Assembly: GCF_001194135.2 (NCBI RefSeq) | Contig: NC_068984.1 | Span: 55,041,885-55,105,884, forward strand | DNA length: 64,000 nt | Source of the DNA: Octopus bimaculoides | Lineage: Eukaryota | Reading direction: 5' to 3' | Shown: positions 1 to 10,788 of the stretch, piece after piece | Layout of the letters: each line of letters begins with the position of its first letter | How positions within the stretch are numbered: position 1 is the first letter of the stretch | Notes under the pieces: model-generated | Databases searched by the model: none | The model's input: only the letters and a program-made list of their open reading frames with translations | Told to the model about the DNA's origin: nothing | Program-made: the position numbers and the translations under genes

Positions 1-105
1 TATACATATATACATATGTATATATATATAAGCATGCAGATATAAACATATAGATATGCATACACATATACACACATGCATATATATATATGTATGTGTT
101 TGTGT
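1..105. repeat. Compound (TA)/(CA)/(TG) microsatellite
   Basis: Visible dinucleotide repeats. Confidence 0.85.
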
Positions 106-349
106 GAATTTCATATAACTTATAGTTTTACAATAAATAACCTGTTAGAAAAACATGACTTCACAAGTGTGAAATATAATAATTAATCTCTAATTCATAG
201 TGTAGCAAAGCAGGATTATAAATTAAATTTGTGCAATAACAAATAACACGCATCAGCTAGAAAAAGAAAAGCTCACTTTACATAAACAGAAAAATCGCCT
301 AACATGCTGGTGTATCTGACATCCAGCTAATTTACACATCTTCCAACAG

Positions 350-584
350 GACCATTACTTTGGACGTGGGCAGGAATGTTGACGATACCTTTTTTTAATT
401 TTGGGTGGTATATTGATGTATTCCTATACGAGAGATATGCTATTAAATATATCGCTGGAATACAGCAACAAATGTGGTGAATATTACATTATAAATGGGA
501 ACATTTATCAATAAAACATAAGGAACATACCTTGATAAACTGGAGAATCGAACAAGAAACGAAAGAAAGAGACAACTATTAATG
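350..584 (+). other. Candidate exon (5'UTR-like, ending in ATG)
   Basis: Branch-like GCTAAT plus pyrimidine tract CATCTTCCAACAG before 350; consensus donor ATG|GTAAGT at 584/585. All three frames contain stops, so it is not fully coding. The terminal ATG (582-584) follows an in-frame TAA at 519-521. Confidence 0.3.
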
Positions 585-619
585 GTAAGTGTTAAAACAT
601 TACAAAAATATACATTTCA

Positions 620-679
620 GTGGATATATGTGTGTGCGTGTGTGTGTATATATTTATGTATTTGCGTATATGCGTATTC

Positions 680-710
<31 letters not shown>

Positions 711-730
711 AAGAGATAGGTATATATATA
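620..730. repeat. Compound (TG)/(TA)/(AG) microsatellite
   Basis: Visible dinucleotide repeats; explains the YIYI/CVCV pseudo-ORFs. Confidence 0.85.
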
Positions 731-950
731 TGTGGCTCAATAGCCACGGAAAGCACTACCTTAATGATTGACAAGGGAGGCAAGCGCCCTACAGTAGCGC
801 ACATAGCCAGATCATCGATGATATCGCATTTTAATGGTTCCGCATTTTAATGGTCATTAGTGGCTCTCAGCGCGCCTTGAGTTAATCTCAACGCGCCTTG
901 TCAGTTTCTGAGACTTCTGTTTAAATAACACTATGATTCATAAACGGCAA
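730..950. promoter_or_regulatory. Candidate enhancer: cluster of homeodomain-type motifs
   Basis: TTAATGATTGACA (761-773, PBX/MEIS-like TGATTGACA), direct repeat CGCATTTTAATGGT at 825-838 and 841-854, CATTAG, TTGAG-TTAAT-CTCAA (877-891) flanked by two CGCGCCTTG. GC-richer than the flanks. Confidence 0.3.
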
Positions 951-1124
951 AGGCGAAAATTTATATATTTATATATACAAATTCATCATTCATCATCTGA
1001 AAGTGTCCATCTTTTCTTTTCTTTCGTTTTGTATGTAAATATATACGCCCATATATTGTATTTGTTGTATTTAATGTAATTAATATATCTAATATAGTTG
1101 ATGTGTCTAATCTCAATAATTGCT

Positions 1125-1263
1125 TCTATATATATATTCACACACACACACACTCACACACACATATATATACATATATATACATATGTATACACACATA
1201 TATATTAATATACATATAATTGATATATTTGTGTATATACATGTGTGTGTGCATGTGTGTGTG
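1125..1263. repeat. Compound (TA)/(CA)/(TG) microsatellite
   Basis: Visible dinucleotide repeats. Confidence 0.85.
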
Positions 1264-1349
1264 TCGGTGAAGACGCGTTGGAAGGTTTCGTAAAAATTCT
1301 CTGATAATGAATTATGCAGGAAATCTTTTGAAATGTAGATAAACCCCAA

Positions 1350-1414
1350 AACAGCAACAACAACAACATCAGCAACAACAACATCAGCAACAACAACAAC
1401 AACAATAATAATGC

Positions 1415-1462
<48 letters not shown>

Positions 1463-1510
1463 TAATAATAATGATGATAATAATAATAATAATGATAATA
1501 ATAATAATAA
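1350..1510. repeat. (CAA/CAG)n followed by (TAA)n trinucleotide microsatellite
   Basis: Visible repeats; source of the poly-Leu ORF 1205-1672(-). Confidence 0.95.
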
Positions 1511-1662
1511 TGGGCTGGTGAATGTTATTGTGTCAGGGATGATAGCATATTTCATGCATTGTTTTTGAAAAATGAATCTGGCTCTAGATTTTTGCTCGTA
1601 TTTGTTTTGTTTTTGTTTTTTTTTTAATAATTTGCATACACTGAACTTGCTAACATTTTCAG

Positions 1663-1908
1663 TTGAAACCACCTACGCATGAAACGAAATTTTTTGGATA
1701 CGTAAGTGGTGCAATGATGCAGCAGATACCGCTGCGAGCACCAAACAATTCTACTAAACAACAACTAGCTGAAGTCATTCATCAAACGCCAGAAGGCTCC
1801 TATGTATCAATGCAAGTCTCACATTTCCAGAGATGTCATATTTTTCTTAACACCGCCATTTTCTATGTCAGAGCTATTACTACAATCAACTACCCGAAAT
1901 ATACATGA
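1663..1908 (+). CDS. Candidate coding exon (LKPPTHETKFFGY...; ends at donor 1701/1702 or runs to stop at 1908); product unknown
   Basis: Acceptor GCTAACATTTTCAG|TTG at 1662/1663; 81 open codons of non-repetitive sequence; internal consensus donor TAC|GTAAGT at 1701/1702. I do not recognise the protein. Confidence 0.3.
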   Translation: MKPPTHETKFFGYVSGAMMQQIPLRAPNNSTKQQLAEVIHQTPEGSYVSMQVSHFQRCHIFLNTAIFYVRAITTINYPKYT

Positions 1909-2506
1909 ATATGTACACTCAAAATGTTATGCATCTTACATACCATTATACCTAAGTTTATGCGTAGTAAATTTAAAACTAAAGTATGATGAAACAACAT
2001 TAAGAATCTTTGTAAATTACTCCAATTGAAGGACGAGCTCGCATTCAGCCCTTTAAGAACATATATATAATATATAAACTTTATATGTGTTTGTGTGTAT
2101 GTGTGTGTTACATAAAATGAGACAACAAAGCCAAAGCTGTGTAGAATTTTCAGGAAATTTATTATAAAGAGAAAGTTAGTCTTCCATCTGTTTCTGAGAT
2201 ATTAAAGACATCCCTTCATCAGAGACGATGTGAGATGATTAAATAAATAGAATGGAAATAGCAGAGTTCAATAGAAACAGCTGTAAGACTAACTTTCTGT
2301 TTATAAATTTCCTGACAATTCCACACAGTCTTGGCTTTGTCGTCTCATTTTATTTAACATATACATGCTCATTCAAGACTCGTACTAGTCTCCTCAGTCG
2401 TATTATTATCGAACCGAGAGTTTAACTACGGACCTTCCATAGCACTTACATAGCGTTAACTGCCACCTTAGGTTTTCGTCATACCAATACCTCTTACACC
2501 TGTGTT

Positions 2507-2538
<32 letters not shown>

Positions 2539-3032
2539 NNNNNNNNNNNNNNNNNNNNNNNNNNNNNNNNNNNNNNNNNNNNNNNNNNNNNNNNNNNNNN
2601 NNNNNNNNNNNNNNNNNNNNNNNNNNNNNNNNNNNNNNNNNNNNNNNNNNNNNNNNNNNNNNNNNNNNNNNNNNNNNNNNNNNNNNNNNNNNNNNNNNNN
2701 NNNNNNNNNNNNNNNNNNNNNNNNNNNNNNNNNNNNNNNNNNNNNNNNNNNNNNNNNNNNNNNNNNNNNNNNNNNNNNNNNNNNNNNNNNNNNNNNNNNN
2801 NNNNNNNNNNNNNNNNNNNNNNNNNNNNNNNNNNNNNNNNNNNNNNNNNNNNNNNNNNNNNNNNNNNNNNNNNNNNNNNNNNNNNNNNNNNNNNNNNNNN
2901 NNNNNNNNNNNNNNNNNNNNNNNNNNNNNNNNNNNNNNNNNNNNNNNNNNNNNNNNNNNNNNNNNNNNNNNNNNNNNNNNNNNNNNNNNNNNNNNNNNNN
3001 NNNNNNNNNNNNNNNNNNNNNNNNNNNNNNNN
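2539..3032. other. Assembly gap
   Basis: N-run following a (TA)n tract. Confidence 0.99.
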
Positions 3033-3603
3033 TATTCAGTTAAAAGAAGAAAAGAAAAGAGAGATAAGGAAGTTAACATTTATTATAAACAAATTAGTCA
3101 TCGCTTAATACACCTGTTTCCATTAATACTCAATAATTTAATTACAAATTTGTACATTAAATTTGCATTTATGTGACATGAGCATAATTTCTAGGTTCAC
3201 ATCTCAAGTTAAATCTTTTTTCTCTCTGATAAAATTATTCTCATGTCACATAAAGGCAAATTTAATGGACAGATTTATAATTAAATTATTGAGTATTAAT
3301 TGAAACGGCTGTAATAAGCGAAGATGACCAATTTGTTAATAATAAATAATTTTTAACTTCCTTATCTCCATTTTCTTTCTTCTTTTAACTGGATATAAAC
3401 TAAATGCTTAATATATACCTATTGTTTTAAGGGAATTTCATTCACCAACAATACTAGGTAGTGAACCAGTATACCATTGGATGCAAATATGCAACCATTC
3501 CTTCACGAGGTTAGCATATCCTCTAATTAAATATGTGTGTGTGTGTGTGCGCGTGTCTGTATGTGTGAGTGGTTATATAAATCTGTATGTATATGTATAT
3601 ATA

Positions 3604-3758
3604 NNNNNNNNNNNNNNNNNNNNNNNNNNNNNNNNNNNNNNNNNNNNNNNNNNNNNNNNNNNNNNNNNNNNNNNNNNNNNNNNNNNNNNNNNNNNNNNNN
3701 NNNNNNNNNNNNNNNNNNNNNNNNNNNNNNNNNNNNNNNNNNNNNNNNNNNNNNNNNN
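3604..3758. other. Assembly gap
   Basis: N-run between (TA)n and (TG)n tracts. Confidence 0.99.
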
Positions 3759-3805
<47 letters not shown>

Positions 3806-3999
3806 TAAAGCATGAACTCATGTATGTATCGAGTTCATGTACGTATCAGCCTACCACCCTAATTTCGAAATCAGAACTTCTAGTTTCCAATGAGGAGAAT
3901 TAGGATAGAAATACACGGTCACATCAAATAGACTGATGGCTTAAATATTAAATTTGATCATGAAAAATGTTTGCTTCTACTCTTTGTGATGTGAGATGA

Positions 4000-4135
4000 G
4001 ATTCAACCATGTCCTTCATGGGTACTTGATGTAATCCACCACACCAACCTGAAAACCAACACCGGGCACATTCTTTTCCTTCAGTGGTATCCACTCTGTT
4101 TCAAGCATCCGGGACCAATGTCCAGTTACGATATT
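4000..4135 (-). mobile_element. Decayed RTE-type LINE, ORF2 C-terminal remnant
   Basis: Minus translation HWSRMLETEWIPLKEK resembles the W...EW.P...KR segment near the RTE ORF2 end. Confidence 0.35.
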
Positions 4136-4659
4136 CTATTTTCTGGAATATAAGATGCGCCTTTTTATTCTCAAATGTACCAGAAAATATTTTTTGCTTC
4201 TAATGCGGCCATATTATAGATGGGAGATCGAGCGTTGCAGATTAGGTAGTCAAATGAGCGTATGTTTTCCAAGTGCAATGTTTGTTAAAAATAATAAATT
4301 ACAGAAGACAAACGAACTTCTCAAATACGTCGGCAGTTTTCTCGGGCATACATAACCCACACCTATTGTGTTTTACATTATTTAATAACACTGCTTTCTT
4401 TCAAAAAAAAAAAAAGCTGTTCTTAATTAACTAAATGTAGGTTCTACAAAGATGAAAGGAATGTTAAAATGTCTTCCTTCTATTAGTCATTAGCAACAAG
4501 AGGATGTCAACAAAATTGTGCACCACCTTAGTAACACAATACCACAAAAGAAATCGGAATTTTATATCTTTTATTGCAATTTTCGTGGCCAGAATATAAA
4601 CAACGATACAGTTGAACTCAAAGAAGGGGAAGTTGAAATCCGTTACTCAACGTAGTTTT

Positions 4660-4940
4660 CATATAATAATATAATGATATACATTATAGTGCCACATCAC
4701 ATGCGCAGACTCATACATTTCGCCCTGCAAATCCGCTTTCAAATGTCCACCAATATTTGTATGATGAAACATTAAATTCATTTTGTCTTGGTCTCTTTTT
4801 TTCTCTGAATATCTTGTAAAATATGGAAAAATCGTATGCGAAAGTACGTCTAATTCGCCAGCAAATTCGATATAATCCATCTTCACCAACTAGACACGGA
4901 AGCTCTTTAAGAGATATAGGCATACACCCCATTCCTCAAT
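4660..4940 (-). mobile_element. Decayed RTE-type LINE reverse transcriptase fragment
   Basis: Minus translation KMDYIEFAGELDVLSHT matches the RTE RT motif DLDFADDIALLSHT, with the catalytic DD degenerate. Confidence 0.55.
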
Positions 4941-5288
4941 AAAAATAAACAACATTTGGTAGACATGTAAAGATAAACATTTCATACGTACATACGTAAA
5001 TTCATACGTACACACATGCATTTATATGCTGTCATACACTTGCACATGATTGTGCAAACTTATTCTGATAGCTATAAAATGATTTTATTTGATCGAAATT
5101 TGATGACTTGTATTACTATATACGATGTTAAGAAAATAATGCATTACTGTTGTCGCGAGGTAAAATGATTGTTTTCCAATAATATATGCTATTAAATTAC
5201 ATTTTGTCATTTCATTGGGTGGACAATGAGTCATAAATATATCACACAGTGTCATATCAGGAGTGTATACACATACATAGGTGCATAT

Positions 5289-5334
<46 letters not shown>

Positions 5335-5596
5335 TAAAAACTTCATTTATTTATGCAGCTGAGGAGTACATTTTCATTGCACATCTTATGTGGTGTTCTC
5401 ACTACATAAATAAATGAAATTTGTACGAAACGTAAGTACTGGTATAACCTAATGAATTTTTGTTGCTTTTCTTCGAATTTTATTCACCAAATCTCTTGAT
5501 TTTGTTTTGGGTTTTTTGGTTTTACCCTACCAAATGCTGGTGCCTCAAACATTTTAAGTACCACATTTAATCTTTTGATTAAATCTATATCATATA

Positions 5597-5893
5597 NNNN
5601 NNNNNNNNNNNNNNNNNNNNNNNNNNNNNNNNNNNNNNNNNNNNNNNNNNNNNNNNNNNNNNNNNNNNNNNNNNNNNNNNNNNNNNNNNNNNNNNNNNNN
5701 NNNNNNNNNNNNNNNNNNNNNNNNNNNNNNNNNNNNNNNNNNNNNNNNNNNNNNNNNNNNNNNNNNNNNNNNNNNNNNNNNNNNNNNNNNNNNNNNNNNN
5801 NNNNNNNNNNNNNNNNNNNNNNNNNNNNNNNNNNNNNNNNNNNNNNNNNNNNNNNNNNNNNNNNNNNNNNNNNNNNNNNNNNNNNNNNNNNNN
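5597..5893. other. Assembly gap
   Basis: N-run. Confidence 0.99.
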
Positions 5894-6125
5894 TAGACAT
5901 CTGGGTTTTAAAAAGTAAATTATTAAATGTTCATAACCTTTCTTACCTGGTTGTGGTTAATTCGGTTCACGCGTTTTCGTGTTAACCTCAATGAATTGAA
6001 ATTTACATTTGTTTATACGAGATTTGTAGATAGTCATAAGTGTCAAGTGCTGCAAAGTTCATTACGAACGTCTAGTAAATAAAGTCAAATTCATGTATTG
6101 AGCATACCGCCTTACGTTATGTAAG

Positions 6126-6146
6126 TGTGTGTGCGCGCGCGCGCGA

Positions 6147-6182
<36 letters not shown>
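6126..6182. repeat. (CG)n/(TG)n alternating purine-pyrimidine tract
   Basis: Visible repeat; potential Z-DNA former by established biophysics. Confidence 0.9.
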
Positions 6183-6185
<3 letters not shown>

Positions 6186-6465
6186 AAATGTAGGAACACG
6201 TGCACAGATTTGATATGCATCATTTAAGTAGCTGAAGATTTGTATACGATTGATGTGCTTCTTGAATTCTTATTTATGGGGTTTTATTGAATGTATGCAT
6301 GCGCGTGTGTGCATGTTTCTGTGTGTGTAATATGACTATCTTATGTATACTTGGCGTTTGGAGGTTTGCACTTCACCTATGGGACTTATTTCTTGCGTTG
6401 ATCTCGCTGCATTGAGCCTTCTGTAAGGCTACAAGAATCGACCAGAAATGGCATTAAATTAAAAT

Positions 6466-6466
6466 G

Positions 6467-6546
<80 letters not shown>
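6466..6546. repeat. (TAA)n microsatellite
   Basis: Near-perfect trinucleotide repeat. Confidence 0.97.
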
Positions 6547-6547
<1 letters not shown>

Positions 6548-7199
6548 GAAAGCTTTTCGACACTCGTTCCATTTGTCATATCGCCAACTAATTTAAATTA
6601 AGTATAAAGTATGGTTTAAAACAGATCTTATCGTGTTCCCAAAGGAAAAATATTTTCTTGACTATCAATTTCGTTTACTACATAAATAACAAGCGAAGTG
6701 TATAAAATGTTCCGCAAGTTATTAAGAAGTACTGTAGAGAAGTATTATAAACTACAAATTATAATTTATATTTTACATGACTATAAATATTGATGATATG
6801 TAACACATCATATCAATAAGAAAGATTACAGAAGATTAAAATTTCTCAAGTCACATGGTCAAACGTTATAGTAATCTTTGACTCCAATTAAACATTTCAA
6901 TTACTAATATATCAATGGTGACAAGCTATCAATAATTAAGAAATCTTTTTACTTTTATTTATTACGTTCAACAAAATCTATGTCTCTGATTGGTCGGTAT
7001 AGTAGGTGCAATTTATAACTTAAGTGTTACAATTTTAGCTAGGTTAACGGATATGTGAGAACATAGTCAATGATTTTTGTTTCATTTTTTTTTCTAATAA
7101 TACTTTAAATCAATTAATCACATTATGAAGAATGAAAAATGCTGTATAAATGCAATCTTTTGGTCCGACCAGTTATGAGTTTTATTAAAGTGCTTAAAT

Positions 7200-7411
<212 letters not shown>

Positions 7412-7630
7412 AAGGAGGTGGGCTGGCAGTATCGTTATCACGCCGAGCGAAACGCTTAACTGTATTTCGTCCGATGCTTGTTCTCAGTTCAAATTCCGCC
7501 GAAGTTGACTTTCATCATTTCGGGGTCGATAAGTTAAGTACCAGTCAAATACTGGAGTCGATGTAATCGACTAGTCCCCTTCCCCCAAATTTCAGGCCTT
7601 GTGCCTATAGTAGATAGGGTTATTATTATT
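7412..7630 (+). mobile_element. tRNA-derived SINE (octopus-type family A), copy 1 of tandem trio
   Basis: Head AAGG.GG.G.GCTGGCAG..TCGTTA, B-box-like CAGTTCAAATTCC, body GGGGTCGATAA..AAGTACCAG, tail GGCCTTGTGCC then (TAT)n. Confidence 0.85.
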
Positions 7631-7636
7631 TTTCTA

Positions 7637-7866
7637 AAGGCGGTGAGCTGATACAATCGTTAGCACGGCGGCCAAAATGCTTAGCGGCATTTCGTAAGTA
7701 CTTACGTTCTGAGTTCAAATTTCGCCGAGCTGGACTTCGCATTTCATCCTTTCGGGATCTATAAAATAAGTGCCAGTTAATGAGTGGGGTCGATTTAATA
7801 AGCTTACCCCCTCCCTCGAAATTGCTGGCTTGTGCCAAAATTTGAAACCATTATTATTAATATTAT
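7637..7866 (+). mobile_element. tRNA-derived SINE family A, copy 2
   Basis: AAGGCGGTGAGCTG...GAGTTCAAATT...TGTGCCAAAATTTGAAACC(ATT)n. Confidence 0.85.
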
Positions 7867-7870
7867 TGAG

Positions 7871-8092
7871 CCGGCGAGCTGGCAGATTTCCTAGCACGAC
7901 GGATAGAATGTTTAGCAGTATTTCGCCAGTCCTTACGTTCTGGGATTAAATTCCACAGAGGTTGGTTTTTTCTTTCATTTGTTCAGGGGATCGATAAAGT
8001 AAGTACCGTTTGAGTATTGGCGTCGATGCAATCGAGTACCCTCCTGCCCGTAATTTCAGTTCTTGTGCCTATTGTAAAAGAATTGTTATTAT
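7871..8092 (+). mobile_element. tRNA-derived SINE family A, copy 3
   Basis: GGCGAGCTGGCAGA...GTCGATAAAGTAAGTACC...TTGTGCCTAT then TTATT tail. Confidence 0.8.
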
Positions 8093-8228
8093 TTATATCT
8101 GGATTTGGACTCGGGTCATCTATTATTACAGTTTATAATTTTTGCCTCTCTTAGTGTCCACCGTTTCAAAAAATGCTGAAAAAATATAATTTGGCCAACC
8201 TATAAAAAATATTATCTGGAGATTTCAA

Positions 8229-8441
8229 CCCTTTAGTATTCAGATTATTGTCTCAAATATAATGCCTTTTTCTTCCATATTGTTTTTAATTGGTCATGCG
8301 TTATTTTGTAGCTTCGAAATTTGTTTCATGTATGTTTCATAAGAGTATTCACGGCTAAGTGTGATTGGCTGGATCATCCTGGTTAGAACATAAAGAGGTA
8401 ACAATTTTGGGTCGGGTATGACCTGTTCAAATGCTAAAAGG
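8229..8441. mobile_element. piggyBac-type MITE
   Basis: Terminal inverted repeats CCCTTTAGTATT / AATGCTAAAAGG, flanked by TCAA (degenerate TTAA) and TTAA; no coding capacity. Confidence 0.7.
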
Positions 8442-8469
8442 TTAAATATGCGATAACTGTTTACAGTTT

Positions 8470-8940
8470 AGGTACAAAATCAGCATAAAGGGAGAGAATG
8501 AGTCTTAACTGCCATTTTAGCTTATCACCCCCTTTTCCAGATGGATGGAAGACATAGGTGACTCCAACAGAATTTGTATTCAGAATGTAAAGACCCCGAA
8601 AAAACACCACAACCGTTGGAAATTTTCTAGCAGCTCACCGAATTTAATATTGATATCGAAGTTTGATATAAGGCCGGCAGTATCGATTAGATCGATTCCA
8701 GTTTTCAGTTGGTACTTATTTAATCGACCCAGAAGGGATGAAAGGCAAAAGTCAATTTAGGCAGAATTTTCACAGTATTTAATAATGATTCCAAATTGAG
8801 AAACAAGGCTACCAATTTTTATGGAAATGATTAGTCGATTATATCGAGCCCACTGTCATCTGGTACTTTCCTTTATAGAAACGAGAGGGATTAAAGAGAA
8901 ATTCCATCTCAGTAATATATTGAATTAGGCAGTTTGAATA
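8470..8940 (-). mobile_element. Three decayed family A SINE remnants, reverse orientation
   Basis: Reverse-complement motifs: GCAGCTCACCG head near 8640, TCGATT..ATCGA..CCAG...GGTACTTATTTAATCGACCC..AAGGGATGAAAGGCAAA (8680-8760), similar motifs at 8790-8930. Confidence 0.6.
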
Positions 8941-9019
8941 TACAGTATAAATAGCATGAACTGGATATTTAGACCATGTTGTAGTCACTTCAAAGAACTT
9001 CATAATCTGCTATAAGGAA

Positions 9020-9350
9020 CTCAACAGAGACCCCCTTCGGTCATGACTGACCGTGGGATTGCACCTAGAAAGTTACCATCCCAGGCACAAATCCGGGCAA
9101 GGTTGTTTATGGAAGACCAGCATTCGCCCATGCATACCAGCTTCCCCTCTCCACGCCAGCAGTGTTATCCAAGGGAAAGTCAAAGGCCGACACAGCTTGG
9201 CACCTGTGACGTCGCAACTTATTTCTACAGATGAGTGAACTGGAGCAGCATGAAATAAAGTGCCTTGCTCAAGAACACAACACGCAGCCCGGTCCTGGAC
9301 TCGAACTCACAATCTCATGATCGTAAGCTCGACGCTCTAACCACTGAGCC
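9020..9350 (-). mobile_element. tRNA-derived SINE family B (CORE-like central segment)
   Basis: Minus strand begins GGCTCAGTGGTTAGAGC (A box)...GAGTTCGAGTCC (B box), then TGTGTTCTTGAGCAAGGCACTT; no tRNA acceptor stem end, so not a tRNA gene. Confidence 0.85.
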
Positions 9351-10173
9351 TTCCCTTCACAACCCTAACCCTTCACAAGAACTCAACAATTATCTATGAA
9401 ATAGTGTACAATTTCAGAGTTTATTTACATGTGTCTTACTCCAGAAGGCATACATTACTTGTTTGAATAGAATCAATAAGACTAATAGTTTCCGATGATT
9501 TATAGTAATTTGATAATTTAATTATAATATCGATGAATATCAATAATATTTGCAAATTATTATAGCATAGAAAGAGGTGCAACTGTTGGGAATTTTTTCA
9601 AGTAGTGATATTCTACACAATATTGAAATTAGCAATTATATCAAGAATATTCATTAATGATATAATTAGTGAAGAGAAACAATCACGTAATGTTCATAAT
9701 ATCGTGGAAATATTCCAGAATTCTATCTCGTTAGAAATGTGAAATAACGAAACAATAAAGAATTAGACAAACCAAATCTATTTTACTATTTCCTTTGAAG
9801 ACGCAGTAATACTGATTATTCTGTCACAATTCTGAAGAATTGTAGTTTTAGTAAAAGAAGTTTTCAACAAAAGGCTCACTGCTGCAGTTCAATCACAATG
9901 AATCTATAAAATGAGCAGAAAATATATACCATTACAATTAGAAATGATGTAGGGACAGTTTAACTACCGTAAATAAGTTCATACCATTGATAAAGCTCAT
10001 CAAACTGATTCCTTCTTAATTTGGCAAACCCCTCCTCTTTCGGTTGCTTTTTTAAAGCTTTGGGTCTTCCTTCAATCGTCAATGTCTTCAATGTTCCAAG
10101 ATCATCCTCAGTGTTGTAGGGTGTGGCGTGAATGCGATTAGTCTGCAATTTCTAAATGTCGAAATCATTTCTA

Positions 10174-10788
10174 TCAAGTTGAGTGAAAAGTACGTTTTGA
10201 ACCATGAAGAATTTGTACCGGATTTTTGCAGAGTTTTGAAATTTTCTTAAACATTGTTTTGAAATTGTCTGATAATACAGACACAGATTTGCTCAAATGC
10301 ATCAGTTATATAACTTTGATATTTATTTCACCGTTGTTGCAATAATCTGAAATGAAACTGTCAATGCGCCGTATTCCAGCAATTTTACTATTCAACTTCG
10401 GAAAAGGACGTAAAGCAGCTGAAACTGCTCGCGATATCAACGAAGCGTGTGATGAGGAAATGACCAGTGAGTGGTCAGCTCGAAAATGGCTACGAAGTTC
10501 TTACCCACCCAGCTTATTCGCCAGACCTTTCTCCTACCGACTACTACTTTTTCAAGCACCACAACAGTTTCCTCAAATATCAAACCGATGCTGAAAGCGC
10601 TTTCAAAGAATTCATCAGTTCGAGAACTCTAGATTTTTATGTTACCAGAATAAACAGACTTGTAGCTCGTTGGTAAAAATGTGTTGATTGTAATGGTTCT
10701 TATTTGACGAATAAAATTTCCGCATTGTTGAAATATATTGTGATGAATTTCATGTTTCAAAACGCTGCTTACATTTTACTCAGCCTGA
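10174..10788 (+). mobile_element. Internally deleted mariner transposon with both TIRs
   Basis: TA-flanked TIRs TCAAGTTGAGTGAAAAGTA..CGTTTTGAACCATGAA / TTCATGTTTCAAAACGCTGCTTACATTTTACTCAGCCTGA; N-terminal HTH remnant (ILLFNFGKGRKAAETARDIN) joined to C-terminal HPAYSPDLSPTDY...LVARW. Confidence 0.9.

Noticed and set aside
350-397. Frame reading TITLDVGRNVDDTFF, resembling ubiquitin TITLEV
   Set aside because: Only about 6 residues match and a stop follows; consistent with chance
1205-1672. 155-aa poly-Leu ORF, and similar low-complexity ORFs at 7118-7459 and 48703-49093
   Set aside because: Translations of trinucleotide microsatellites
2468-3176. Long ORFs containing X runs (also 3481-3903, 5484-5985, 20034-20567, 40577-41150, 52869-53988)
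   Set aside because: Artefacts of reading through N gaps
9270-9350. tRNA-like sequence with A and B boxes
   Set aside because: It continues directly into a SINE body and lacks a complete cloverleaf; it is a SINE head, not a tRNA gene
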